From: Camelus ferus
Taxonomy: Eukaryota
NCBI RefSeq assembly: GCF_009834535.1
Contig: NC_045707.1
Span: forward strand, 51,710,001 to 51,774,000
Reading direction: 5' to 3'
DNA: 64,000 bases
Below the pieces are notes generated by a model. The model did not search any database, was not told the DNA's origin, and saw nothing but the letters and a program-made list of their open reading frames with translations. A program made the position numbers and the translations under genes. Of the stretch, positions 1 through 12,940 are shown in pieces; positions within the stretch are counted from its first letter, which is position 1, and every line of letters begins with the position of its first letter.

Positions 1-464
1 TGAGGGAACTTATTTTGACTTTTGACTATTAAATTATATAAGAAACAATTTAAGAAGAAGATACTTTCTTAGAACATACCAATATTTTTCTATCACCTTA
101 TTTGGAAACTAATTTCAAGTTATAAAAATAATTTGTATAGAGGGCTGGTAAACCAACTGCCTAGAGAAGCAAACAAATCCTGACTTACAGCATTGGTAGA
201 GTTCTACAGCGTAAATTTTCCCAGCATTGTCAATTTAACGGCACCAATATATAAATAATCTGCTCTTCTGTACTGAAAACCTGGCTCAGGACACCATTGC
301 TTCCTACTATTTAATTTAAAATTTCTGTATGTGCAAGTTAATTCATCTAGGACAAAAAGAATTACCTCCTCACTACCCTCGATGTCCTCAGCGTTTTCTT
401 TTAACCAAATGACTAATTTATCCTTGCAAAATTCACACAACACACTGTCTCTCATACACTTTTT

Positions 465-572
465 TCTTTTGTTTTTTAAATTTTTTTGCCTCAGTTTGAT
501 CTTTTTTTTTAATTGAAGTATAGTTGATTTACAATATTGTGTTTTGGTGTACAGCATAGTGATTCAATTATA

Positions 573-609
<37 letters not shown>

Positions 610-810
610 TCCTTTTCGTATTCTTTTTCATTATAGGTTATTACAAGGTATTGTATATAGTTCCCTGTGCTATACAGTAGGACCTTGCTGTTTATCTGTT
701 TCGTATATAGTAGTTAGTATCTGCAAATCCCAAACTCCCAATTTATCCCTCCGCCCCTCTTCCCACTCCCATAACCACAAGTTTGTTTTCTATTTCTGAA
801 TCTGTTTCTG
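465..810 (-). mobile_element. 5'-truncated LINE-1 3' end (cetartiodactyl type) with A-rich tail and 15-bp TSD
   Basis: Antisense L1 3'UTR (ttttaattgaagtatagttgatttacaata...gttccctgtgctatacagtagg). Flanking direct repeats tctcatacacttttt (450-464) and tctcacacacttttt (811-825) differ at one base. Confidence 0.9.
569..609. repeat. (TA)n microsatellite inside the L1 3'UTR
   Basis: Read directly; one TA>CA interruption. Confidence 0.95.
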
Positions 811-2179
811 TCTCACACACTTTTTGCAACACACTTGCCATCCTCACTTTGCTTTTTCTCACTCTTCATATATTGAGTGGCCAATCTTCCTCCTTAGTCC
901 ACGGTTTTCCCTCTTTTCAAAGTTCATTTCTAAGCTTGCTACTTCCTTGAAAACATTCCAGAGAGTTATATTCAGTCTACTTCCCAAGTCACTTTAGGCT
1001 TTCCATGCTTTATTTTTTTCTTATCCCTTTAAAATATGAGCATTTTTGTATCTCAGTACAACTAATTTATTTTTATAACTTTGTTGCATGGTTATATTTA
1101 TATATAATAAAAATAGAATTCTGTTTGAGGCTTTAGTCTGTAGCAATATGATACATACTTATACCTTTATATGTAAATTTTAATCTGTTTTGCTTTTCTT
1201 TCTTGGATGAAAACTTCTTACAGCAAGTATTCCTCAGATAGAACTCTTCTAAACCTGAAGTCTAAAACTGTGTACACAGGGTAATTCTTAAAAATTGCCC
1301 TTCTCTAAGTGCATCTTTAAAGTGGTCTTTACCAGGCTAAAAAACTGTGCCATTCATAAATCTCCTTCCTGCATATTTGGGGGTTTTCGGCTCTGTATTA
1401 TCACCTTTATTTAAGTTCCCTGGAAAAATTAATGACATTTCCAAAGTAAACCTTTGACTTTCATCATTTTATTACCTTCTTGAAATTCTGAACTTCTGTT
1501 TTCCTGTTTATTGTGGATTTTATCTTTGTAACAGACATTAAGGGAGGGGAGCACCAAAAGTTTAATTATTTGATAATTCGGTCCCAAGAGACAAGATTAA
1601 TACCAATGAAACAGCTAAGTAATACTGCATGTTTATCTTTTTATTCCAAAACATATGGTGAAAATAGAATGTATCAATTGTACTTTGTTCAGTTTTGTCT
1701 TACCCAAAGTAGATTTTCATATTTTTCCAAGTAAAATGTTTTCTCTTTCAAGAAATGCACTTTCAGTAAAAACAGCTTGAAAAACTACTGGCCCAAAATA
1801 TGTGGTCGGTAGGGGAAGCTGAGAGGCTTGTAAAATGCAAATTGAGTAAGCAGTCAGAAGCAGCCCTGAGTTAGGAGAAATGCCAAAAGTATTTGGAGGC
1901 TCTTAACATAGGGGAATAATAAGCACAACTACAGAAACAAAGCTGACTACCTGCTTCATGTCTTTGGGATGAGTTGTTCTATCGGGTCTATAAGAACCAT
2001 ACAGAAAGCCAACATCAGTCGATTTCAGCATGTACTACTGGGAATACATCAAGCCAAAAGCTATAGGGAAAGATCTTGAGATTTAACAGTGAAAGGAGCA
2101 ATCCAGCTGACATTTTTCTCCTCTGAAAGGAGATCACAGAGTTAGAAGGACAAATATACACAGGTCCTACAGATCCGAT

Positions 2180-2590
2180 GTTAAATTTGGGGGTCACCAT
2201 TTACTAGCTGTGTGGTCTAGATAGATTGCTTGATAATATGTAAGACACACATTTGAATTTGAATTTCAGTTCTCCAATAGATAACTGTTCAGTATAAGAA
2301 TATCCCAAATATTGCAGAGAATATACTTGTACTAATATTATATATATATTTATGTATATATGTAGACATTCATTGTATATCTGTAATTCAAATTTACCTG
2401 GGCAGTCTGTGTTTTTATTTGATAAATCTTGCAACTCTCCACCTAGGCGAGTTACATAATATCTCTGTCTCATTTATCTCATCTACAGTGAAGTAGTAAT
2501 AATCATAACAAATGGCACAGAAGTTATAAGAATACACACACACACAATGTAAAAATATTTGCACAGTACCAGGTACAAGGGGGTTTTTAT
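2180..2590 (+). mobile_element. MIR SINE remnant interrupted by MER53
   Basis: MIR core words caccatttactagctgtgtgg (left) and ggcgagttacataatatctctgtctcatttatctcatcta (right) flank the insert. Confidence 0.65.
2221..2438. mobile_element. MER53 palindromic non-autonomous DNA transposon
   Basis: Matches recalled MER53 layout: tttgaatttcag...agtataagaatatcccaaatattgca...atacttgtacta...ctgtaattcaaattt...aaatcttgcaactct. Confidence 0.8.
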
Positions 2591-3669
2591 AATTCTTACT
2601 TAAGCAAGCTCTATTCTTGGTATGTAATCTTAAAGGGACTTAATTTTTTTTTCCTTTTCCATCTTTATATTCTCCGAGGCTACCTCTTCTACATACTTTT
2701 GATAAATTCTAGGCACATTCCATCACTGTGTTATCAATTCATGGTAGCATTTCTCTAGGCAGTAATTAAATATCAATTTTCATTTAATAGTCTTGATGTA
2801 GCTTTTAATTTAAAGATGAGACCACTCTCCTTCTCCAGCTTTGTTCTGCCTTAGGTAGAAGAGCTGAGTATGATGGAAATTTTTTTCATCACCTATTTTT
2901 TTTCTAATCCTTTTCTCCCAGCTTGCAAACCCTGGTTTCTGACAAAACTAAGATATGTGTAATGGAACTTAGGGACAAGATGTGGGAACGTCTAGGAAAG
3001 AAAAGAAAAGAGGAATGTGAAAGATCTTACTTGACTGGTTACTGCAATGTTATGTGTCTGTTACCTGGATCTATCGTTGATAGTCTCTATGCTTGGGAGA
3101 TATTTAAAGTGATTACTTCTCTCATGACCACTTTCATAGACTGTTTGCAACCATCACCCTCAAAAAATTGTATATCCATACCAGCAGGTCCACGACTCCC
3201 TCTTCAGTCCCTTATTTTATCTGCACATCTTATTTTAATGGTGTAAAAGTTAATATTATTGAGACAAAAATCACCTACTAAATTCAAGATCTGAAGATCA
3301 TTATTTAATGAAATGCTATGCTATAAAATGTGCGTCTTATTTTAAATAACATTCATTATACTTTTTCTTTTGCTTAAGACTAATCAATTATAAGAAGTGT
3401 TTCATTCATCTTTAAAAAGCATAAGTAGTGATTGTTTCTAATGACACATTTTTGATATATTTCATCTATGCTAAAAAAGAGAGTAAAGTCATAAAGATAA
3501 AGTTTGTTATATGATATTAACTTAATTCAGTTTCACTTCTTGACTTGCATTACTCTTGAAGTGGAAATTTCAACTTCTTGTTACCCAGACTAGGAATTGA
3601 GGTCCTGAAACCTAAAGAATAGGTGAGTTTAATTAATTTAAACAAAAAAAGTAGGGAAATATGTCTTCT

Positions 3670-4481
3670 AAGCTGTTTTAACTCACAGCACTTCTGACAC
3701 CAAATGTGTGTTCTTTTTTCTTCATCCAACATCCAATTTTCCCATTCTCTTAACACCAACATTCAGTTCAGTTCCAACACTATGAGGAGTTCATGCAGAC
3801 CCCACAGGTTAGGGGCACAGGCCCATTGACTGCCCCTGCTTCAGATGATAATAACAAGCCTTGGTCACCCATAATTGGGTGTAACTGGCTGTAAAGTTGA
3901 GTGGTTCCCAGAACCTACTCCTCAGATTTGATAAGTTGCAGAACTGCTCACAGAACTCAGGAAGGCCCTTGACAATGGTGGTTTATTGTAAAGGACACAA
4001 TCCAGGAACAGCCAAATGGAGAAGATGCATAGGACAAGGTATGGGGGCAGGGATGCACCGTGCATCCTCTCCAGGCATGTCACCCTCCTAGCTCCTCAGT
4101 GTGTTCACTACCCAGAAGCTCTCTAAACACCATTGTTTAGGGATTTTTGACGTTGGTCCCATTATGTAGGCATGATTGATTAAGTCATTGGCTATTGATA
4201 ATTGGACTCAACCTCCAGCCCCTCTCCCTTCCTCAGATACCTGGAGGTGGTGCTAAAAGTTCCAAACTTCTAATCACATGGTTGATTCCTGTAGCAACCA
4301 GCCCCCATCCTGAAGGTATCTAGGAGCCCACCAAGAGTCCTTTTATTACTATCAATTCAGATATGGTGGAAAGAATCTCCATATGAATAACAAAAGATGT
4401 TCCTGTCACCAAAGATCTTAGTAACTCTGTGTCAGGAACTGGGGACAAAGACCAAATATATATTTCCTATTATCACCCACA
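3670..4481 (-). mobile_element. MER21-family solo LTR (ERVL)
   Basis: Diagnostic MER21 segments in antisense: acttctgacaccaaatgtgtg, cagaccccacaggttagggg, ggaactggggacaaagaccaaatatatatttc. Confidence 0.8.
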
Positions 4482-4846
4482 TGTCCTGGTCAGCTCAGTC
4501 TACTATAACAAAATACCAAAGACTGGGTGGCTTAACAACAGGGCATTTATTTATCACAGTTCTAGGCAGAACAAGATCAATGTGGTGGCCGATTTGTTTT
4601 CTGGTGAAACTGTCTTGGCTTGGACTGCTGCCTTCTCACTGTGTCCTTACACAATGGAAGAAGAGAGAGCCACCTGGCCTCCTCCTCTTACAAGGAGAAT
4701 AGTCCCATCATGGAGGTCCCACCATCCCACCTTATCTAAATCTAATCAACTCCTGAAAGTCCTAACTACAAATACAATCCTGTTGAGGGTTAAGGCTTCA
4801 ACACATGAATCTTTGCAGGGACGCAAAGAAATTCTCAATGTGTCAG
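4482..4846 (-). mobile_element. MLT1A-type MaLR solo LTR
   Basis: ctataacaaaatacc..agactgggtggcttaacaacag..atttattt and ttaaggcttcaacacatgaat match the MLT1A reverse complement. Confidence 0.8.
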
Positions 4847-5036
4847 AGCATGAATAAATGTCTTCCAGATTTTCAGTTTGATCTCTTCTTATAATCAAAG
4901 CCACCCAGGGAATCTGGTAGAAAGGTAAATAACTTAGATTACCTATTCCTTTACTTCATCCCTCTTGAAAAAAGGAACAATGTTTATTCTTGTTAAGTAT
5001 TTACTGACTAAATGCAGGCATATAAGTAAGGAAGTG

Positions 5037-5068
5037 TGAATGAATGAATGAATAAATGAATGAATGAA
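5037..5068 (+). repeat. (GAAT)n tract, probable L2 3' tail
   Basis: tgaatgaatgaatgaataaatgaatgaatgaa. Confidence 0.7.
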
Positions 5069-6569
5069 AAGATGGATGATGCAGCCATTTGGACTTAAAG
5101 TTAAATAGAAGTAGATCAACTAAAATTTATTTTTAATCATAAACTACTAATTATAGAATTTATTTTTGTTTACTTATAAAATATTTTAAACAATATATTT
5201 TATTATACCACATATATACGTGTGGATATATATATATTTGTCACATTTCTGCAAATATCATCTCTTCTTGTGTCTGTGCTATTTGTTTTTCCTCTTGGAT
5301 GAATTAGCTTCATTTGACCTCAATACGAAAACGTAACTTGTTGACATCCTGCTACACTTCTTGTCAGATTTTAAAATGTTATCCTAGTCTCCATGGTGCC
5401 AACCAACTCATCCAAATTAATGTTGTCAGTAATTTAATGAATAAGCTTTCTATAGCATCCCCCAAACTCTTGAATAAATTTCTCATAGCAAACATGCACT
5501 TGAATAGCAGTATAATGACCTCTAATCCATAAAAATGTGTAAAGGCAACACCTATAATTCATGTAGTTTGATTATTACCTACAGTGGGTAAAATCGATAT
5601 TTGTTGTACCAAGCTCAGTCTCACTAAGACCTCTTATTCCTGAGGTTTTCATGGCCTGTGGGTCTTTGGTTCACTCAGGAACTATTTGAAGTTGTCCCTT
5701 TGTTTACTTAGTTAAGCAAATGTGTCTATAGGATGTTTCAGACACTTAACAGATGTAATCAGCTCACATTTTACCAAAGTTGATGAAAGCTAATAATAAG
5801 AGTAGAAAATGAGTTGGAAAAGAGTTTGTTATTGTGTATCATACAGAAGTCCAAAATTGTATTCATTTAAAAGTAACATTATAAATAAATTCTATTCTAT
5901 AAATGTACAGCCATCCTACCCTAGAAATACCTAAGAATCATATTATAGTTTAAAAATATTTAAAATGTTGGTACAAATTATGAAATAGAGGCTTGGCCAT
6001 GCCTTATTGAGCTTAGTATTTTGAAACTAGAGAGGAATTTTTTATAACCTTAGGAGGAGAAATTTTAATGCTGCAAGACTGATCAAAAGAAAAAAAACAC
6101 TATTCTATAAAAAAGCTTCCTTTAGAATTCTTATTAAGAAAGAAGAATACAACACTGAAGAAAAAAATTTTAAGAAGGAAAAGTTATGAGTCATGAAAAG
6201 GAAGAATTTTTACCTTTGTAATTTAAAAAATTTTTAAAAACAGTCACACCAGGAACAGAAATGCATATGACTAAAGCAAATTTTTAAGATAAGCAATTCT
6301 GCATCTGTGAGATTAGGCTAAGTGACATCTAGTGTTTCAACTAAGGCTAGTATTTTATGATAAGTAGATAAGGGACAGTTTAGAGAGTTGAAATGGTAGC
6401 CATACACTTTAAATTGTGAATTGTTAAAAGATTGTTGTTTTTATTTCTTCTTCCCTGTTCCCCACTGGACCTTTGAAAGTGGACCAGAAAAATAATTATG
6501 AAATAATTACATTAAAAAAAACACTCTAAGACTAGTTTATATAAAAGACAGCATCCCATGGTCATCTAG

Positions 6570-6760
6570 AATAGAGGTAGACTGCGCTGGTTTCCATTCT
6601 GGCTCATCCACTTACTGGCTATATGACCTTGGACTGGCTTACTTAGCTTCTCGGGACCTCAGGGTCCTCATCTACAAAGAGTGTGTAGTAATGGTGCTTA
6701 TCTCATCCAGCTGTGAAGCACTCAGGACTGTAGACCGTGTTCATAATCTTGACGTATTTG
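6570..6760 (+). mobile_element. MIR SINE
   Basis: ccacttactggctatatgaccttgg...acttagcttctcgggacctcagggtcctcatctacaaa. Confidence 0.75.
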
Positions 6761-7004
6761 CTGTTTTTGTTGTTGTTAGGCAAAAGGTCTTACAGCTTGT
6801 ATTTTTTAAATAATGGTTGAAAATAAATATTGAAAGTAGGAATATTGAGTCTCTAAAAATGTATATGTGACTAGAGTGAAGTATTTTGTTCAGAATGTAA
6901 ATTTGATTTGTCAGAAAAACTGAAATGCTGGATGGATAAGAAAGAGAGAGGGAGAGACTAGACTAGTGAGAGACTGATGATTTCATTATATTGATTTATT
7001 GTTG

Positions 7005-7095
7005 TTATTGTTATTATTATTATAAAAACACTTAACATGAGTCTACTGTCTTAAATTTTAAGTGTATAACATGGCATTATTAACCATGGGTACAC
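7005..7095 (-). mobile_element. Short L1MA/L1MB-type 3' end fragment
   Basis: aaaacacttaacatgagtctactgtcttaaattttaagtgtataaca next to a (TTA/TTG)-rich decayed tail. Confidence 0.55.
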
Positions 7096-9076
7096 TAATA
7101 TATTAATTGATTTTTTAAATAGTTTCATTTGAAACACTTTCAAATGTGAAGTTATTTCTAAAGAAATAAAAATAACATTTGTGTGCAGTACAGCAAAATA
7201 AAAGAAAAACTTTACATTGATTTTTCTGAACATAGGCAGAATATCCTTATTCTTAGGACACATGCATGTCTTTAATCAGTTTTTCTGCAACATCTGTCTC
7301 TAGTACTATGACAATGGTATTTTTCCTGAAGAGTGTATTTTTTCAACGTGGACATATAATTTTTAATTGTTTTCAGAAAATATTTCCTGCAAAACCCTTC
7401 AAAGTTTTATTTTATGGTGAAAAAATTTGAAATTGTTGACAACTCGACAATCAATGACCCTTAGTTGAGATAACATTCTTCAGCTGTTGAACAAATTTTG
7501 CCAGATGGGAGGTATTTTAACTCCATATTTAGAATTAAATTTTATAAATATTTCAGCCCATTTATTTTCACAAATATCTATCAGAAGCAAAATTACTCAA
7601 ATACCTTGTCTCTGTTAACGAGTCTTTTAAATGTTACAAAAATACAGATGCGGCAAAACCATAGAATTTCTCAGTTTCCTTCAGGTTCCAGTTATAAATT
7701 TACCCAATTAAAAATAAGGGTTTTATCTTACTCTAGGTTGAAATATTAAAGCTTAATTACAGCATGGCACAATTAAATCTTGTAAACTATTTGCATTCTC
7801 ATCATTAACTCGTTTAGTTTGGTCCTTGCTTTTAAAGAAAAAACTTCAATATCTTTGTATTTGTAGACTTTGTTTCCAATAATTACAATTCACTTAAAGC
7901 TTCAAAATCTAAAGTTTCTAGGCCTTATTTTATTGATTACTTTGATTAAGGATTTCCAGCTGGTTGTAAATAAGATATAATCAACATTTAGTGGATTAAC
8001 ATTATTGATTTAGAGAGTAGTTCTTCAAAGGCTGAAACATTTCTACATTCTGTTTAATGATGGGGCGGCAAAGAATGAACTACCATGTCAAGTTTTACTA
8101 AATATTCTTTTTTTTTTATTTTAACATTACGTTTGTCACAATTTTCTAATTTTTATTATTCTGTGATTATATTTAAAAATTATAAATTTTCAAAATTTCA
8201 GTTTCTATTAAGATTGATTAAAAATCCTATGTTAGTTGGTAGCAGTCAGATTAGGTACATACTATGGCCAATTCTAAGTTTATTTCTGACACACTCTATT
8301 TTAAATTAGTAAAAAAAAAAGTATATATCATAAAAATAAGATCCACCAAAATATGTATTCATAACATTATAGAAAAAACATGAAAGTTTATCATCAATGC
8401 TGATGTTTTAATTTGAATTTGGAAAATTTATATAACGTCGAATATTTTACCATTGAAAAATTGAACTTGGAAAGCTTTATTTGCATGAATTGATAGAGAG
8501 AAAACAAATGTATATTAAATTACCTTTGCTGATTTTCTATTTTAAGTATTTAATGTCACTGATACAAAACTGTTTTCCAAGTTCTGCCAATGAAGCCTAT
8601 ACATGAATAGCTATTACTTAATTTTTCATATGTGTACAGGAAATTATAAATGGACACAACTGAGAACATTCTAATTATGACCTTGATTCATTCTTTACTA
8701 AATACTCAGATACTTGTACTGTGCACAAAGGGATTTAAATGTTTGCAGTAATGATTTCTGTATTCAGACCAGCAAATTTTGAGATGTCATGAAATTTAAA
8801 ACTGCTTGTGGATTAAAGCCCACTTAAAATGGCATTAAGTGAGGAAGCGTTTTCTTTCTGAGTGTTGACTAGTGAGAATTATTTGGCAAAACATACTGAC
8901 TATAAAAGTCTATATATCCACTTGTGGAAACCCTCCAATGTGTAAGTAAATGCTAAAAATATTGATAGAATTTTGTTTTCTTTTCCTTTTATAGAAATTG
9001 GAGAGCTAAAGCTTGATGTTAAAAGAATCCTTTCACAGTTTTTTGGGGGGAGGACTATATATATTCTCATATTTTG

Positions 9077-9082
<6 letters not shown>

Positions 9083-9107
<25 letters not shown>
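9083..9107. repeat. (TG)12 microsatellite
   Basis: Read directly. Confidence 0.95.
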
Positions 9108-9795
9108 CTATAAATCTTAAACTCATTCTTCCTGGAAGTAGGCCTCCAAGAAACACTTCCTTCTTTAGTTCCGCAGACTGTCACAGACTGTCATCTAATC
9201 ATCTTCATATCTTTCTCTGAAAAAGGAAAATTCATTGAGGCATGAAACAACCTAAAACCTATAATAAATTCCAAATCAGAGTTCCACTTTGATTTCTGAA
9301 TGGCAGCCTTACCTCGTTGTCTATTCTCCCCTCCCTCATGGGTTGTCAATTCATTGTTTTCACTTCTGTGCTAATTTTAAATGAAGCGTGCAGTCATCTG
9401 TGAAATGTTTTGTATTAAAGCTCTATGAAATAATTCATGTTGTTGCATCCTTCCAAAGCCAACTCCCTGCTTCAGGCAGAAGTCAGTATCTATATCCTTC
9501 CACTCCTGCTTGGGTCATTGCCTCTTGGTTATTTCCTTTGCCTGTTCAATTTGGAGTTATAAACTGAATTTGCCTTTTCCTACAACTTCTACTTTCTCAG
9601 AACTGCTACATCCACTACTTGCATTTAGGTTTGTATTGGTGAACGACATCTTTTATTCTCCTACTCTTTACATTGATGGGAGTTAGATTGTTTGATTCTT
9701 ACATCCTATCTAGATAGAAAGAAGGAAGGAAGGAAGGGGAGGGAGGAAGAACGAAGAAAAGAAAACGTGTATTCTGAATTACTAAAACAAGCATC

Positions 9796-10584
9796 TGTGA
9801 CATATTCCACCCTTAGGCCAGCAAAGTGTATGTCCCCACCCCCTTTTAGAATATCTTCTCAATTTTTTTCCATTTGAATTATCAGGCTCTCAGTACCATT
9901 AAGAAAAGGTACCCAAAGATCATACCTGGTTATTAGTCGGTTCTGTTTGATGGAAATGTCTCCCTCAAACCTATCGAAGTTCCTATCCCACTGTCTGGGA
10001 ATCCTGCAGTCACCTGTGCCATCTGGATGTGGTCCTTCAAACCCACTTGAAACCCATATTGGCACCCCTGTGAAACCTATGCCCATTTCTTCCTATCAGG
10101 GCACTGTGTGATCCCTCACAACACTTCTGTCCCCACCAGTCTGCACATTCTTTTTGCTGACCTGATCACACCAAGGAGCTCATGGCTACAGTTTACGGGA
10201 TATCACGGGCCCTGCAGCAGAGCCCTGGTTGCAGGAGCAAGCCTGGTAAGGGTCATTCCTGTGAGCTGGAGCATATTTTTTCACTGCCAGAATGGTTCTG
10301 ATGACTTGATTTAGGAGCACTCATTCTCATTGGACTCAGAATGAGTCAGGGCTCAGGCTCCCCATGATTCACTGCCAATAACCAAGAAACATGGACTTCT
10401 GCTTGGCAGTGGTTTGACTGTATGCTGCCTCAGATCTCCAGCACCACAGGGCAGTGAGGATGATGGCAGGATTCCTTTATTGTGTGTGCCAGCCACGGGC
10501 ACCAAGGGCTGTGTCCCCGTCTCCTCCACAGGCTCCACACTGCATGTCAGGCCATTCTCCTCCGTGTCTGTGCCTCTTCCTACA
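9796..10584. mobile_element. Probable ancient solo LTR, family uncertain
   Basis: About 790 bp of higher GC with sharp edges, TG...CA termini and a weak 5-bp flanking repeat (gcatc / gctta). Confidence 0.4.
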
Positions 10585-12289
10585 GCTTACAATATTTACC
10601 TCACTATGCCAATGAGCCCTTTCTATAGGGGTTTTTTTGTAATAAAACAAAAAAAGCAAATATGTAAATACCTCTTCTCTACCCATTATTCTCTCCTTAC
10701 TCTAAACCCTTGTTGATAAATTACTGTATTGCATTTATGGATCCATAAGTTTTATAATATATTTTAAAATCAAAGTGTATATATTGACAGGGGCCTCACA
10801 GAGTGAGGTATAATGGGCAGTTTTAACTTCTAGGAATATTGTACAATTGATCTGTCCTTAAACATGCCTTTTTTTCGTTTGACTGATAATCTATAATGCT
10901 AGACATCCAGTGGATTTGACACGGTCCTAGGCATTCCAGACAATCCTGTTTCTTGAGAAGAATCACAGGGAATCTTTCTACAATATCCCTGTTGGACGTT
11001 ACATCATTTTTCTTATGATTGCTCTTGTTATTGGCAGAAAGAGAACTTGAAATTTTATTTGGAACTGCTGACCTCATTTACCTGTGCATGTTAGTTAGTA
11101 TGTTAATTTGCTCAAAATTTGACGTTTGGTTTTATGCACTTTGTCGCTATTAACATCCTTCTGTTTTCACATAGATTTCAATAATTGAGTAACTTTAGAG
11201 GCATTATTTGGAAATGTCTAGTTGTCACAGTAAACATCTTATTTTTCTCTGTGCATTGTACAAATTTTTCATTCCTTTTGCCCTTTGTCATTGAATCTAA
11301 CACTAAACGCATTGTTTTGTTACATCAAGAAACATCTTCTGTGGACCAAGAAGAAAAAAACAAACAATGACTAGAACCTAGAACAACATCAACATACACT
11401 AGAAACTTAACAATGTTCACAGATGATATTGTGAACTAATTAAGAGAAAAAAACTGAACATGAATAATGAATTCATTTTATCTTTGTTATCATATATTTA
11501 TGCTGCCTGGTTATTTATTGTAAGTCAGAAAATGGATAATTTTAAGGCAAGGCAAGAGTTACACTACTTGGAATCAGCAGTGTTCCTGTTTTTCTAATGT
11601 GCAGAGACTTCCTGCTGAGGGCATTCTAACCAGGCACACTCTTTGTTTGTTTGTGTTTATTTTATCATTAAAAAAGAGATATTTTAAAACATATTTGACT
11701 CAGGCACTAGCGAGAGGGAGAGAGAGAACAAGGGAGAAGGAAATTATGGGGTGGGATATAGAGTTTCCACAGGAGGCTAGTTGTTCATGCTCGGAAGATG
11801 AGTAAAAACCAAGAGAGGTTCTGACGTCTGGCAGTACAAATTACGGCCCTTCACATGTGTGGGTCCTTTCAAAGGAACCATCTGGCCCAGTGCTGGCTGT
11901 TAGTACTGTGTGCAGTCTGAAACAGTTGATTGTGTTGCACTAAATCTGACAACAAAAAGTTGCCTCTATTTTGGGATTAAGCTAACTTTAGCTACAAATA
12001 CTTGTCATGTGCATTTGATTTACAGAGTTTTCATCATATTTCTGTCCTCTGAATGTATCCATGAGTAGTTAAGGGAATAAGTAGGATTTCTTGAGGTTTA
12101 CTTACGGGAAGCAGTAGAAAAAGGGTAGCCAGAATTACTCTACTGCGAAGATCATACAATAAGGAATCACCTTCAAATGAAGATGTGAGAATTGAGAGGA
12201 AGTTTGGAATGGGGAAGGGTTTTAGCAGGTCAAGAATATGACAGATAAATGTTACAGAAGGTAACTTAGTCTAATTAAATATTGGGTTT

Positions 12290-12430
12290 AATTTTAGGAG
12301 ACGAGTTATATACCACGTTCTAGCACTGACTTTAGTGAATGGCTTCACTTTTCTGAACCTAGATTTTCTCATCTATGGAAAGAGGAGGGTTCAAGGGTTG
12401 CTATAAAAGGTAAATTCCACTTCTAAAATG
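12290..12430 (+). mobile_element. MIR/MIR3 remnant
   Basis: cacttttctgaacctagattttctcatctatggaaagaggagggtt. Confidence 0.55.
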
Positions 12431-12864
12431 CAACCTGTTCTATGCCACCTTTTCAGATTTTTGCCTCGTATTTTCCAAATCCATCCTTGCTTATCACATA
12501 ATGTCAACAAGAATAGCGGAGAAGTTAAGATTAATTATCTAGGACAAAGCATGTCAATACAGCTTTAATGAAAGGTGAAATCTTGCTTGCATATGCTAAT
12601 GTGAACAAAAACTTAGAGGCGTCTGAGTCCAAGATGCAAGATGTTGTTCCATTTGAATGAAAAAATAGGAAAAATCCTTCAGGGACTCTTCCTTTCTTAT
12701 GTTATTTCAAAAAGGAAGTCAAAGAATTTTAGAGCTGTAAAAAAAAAAGTTCAGGATACTGAAAAGCACAGTATTCTTTGATAACCACTGCAGACTATCT
12801 GGCTATTACTATTTTTATAGTACAATTAGTAAATTATATTCAATATATTGAAGTAGAATTAATG

Positions 12865-12940
12865 TTTTCAGTCCTAGCATAGTGCCTCATAGATAGAGGC
12901 ACTCAATATATATTTATGGAATAAATGAACAAATACATTT
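12865..12940 (+). mobile_element. L2 3' end
   Basis: cctagcatagtgcctcatagatagaggcactcaatatatatttatggaataaatgaa. Confidence 0.65.

Noticed and set aside
204..557. 117-aa minus-strand ORF and a GCT|GTAAGT donor at 188/189
   Set aside because: The N-terminus is translated L1 poly(A) tail. Candidate exons ending at 189 have stops in all frames and weak acceptors.
2923..3246. 107-aa ORF after a strong acceptor (ttttctcccag)
   Set aside because: TTG start, no recognisable protein and no good donor.
3897..4857. ORFs of 64-142 aa
   Set aside because: They lie within the MER21 and MLT1A LTRs; chance open frames.
10823..11077. 84-aa ATG ORF on the minus strand
   Set aside because: No recognisable domain or exon context; this length is expected by chance.
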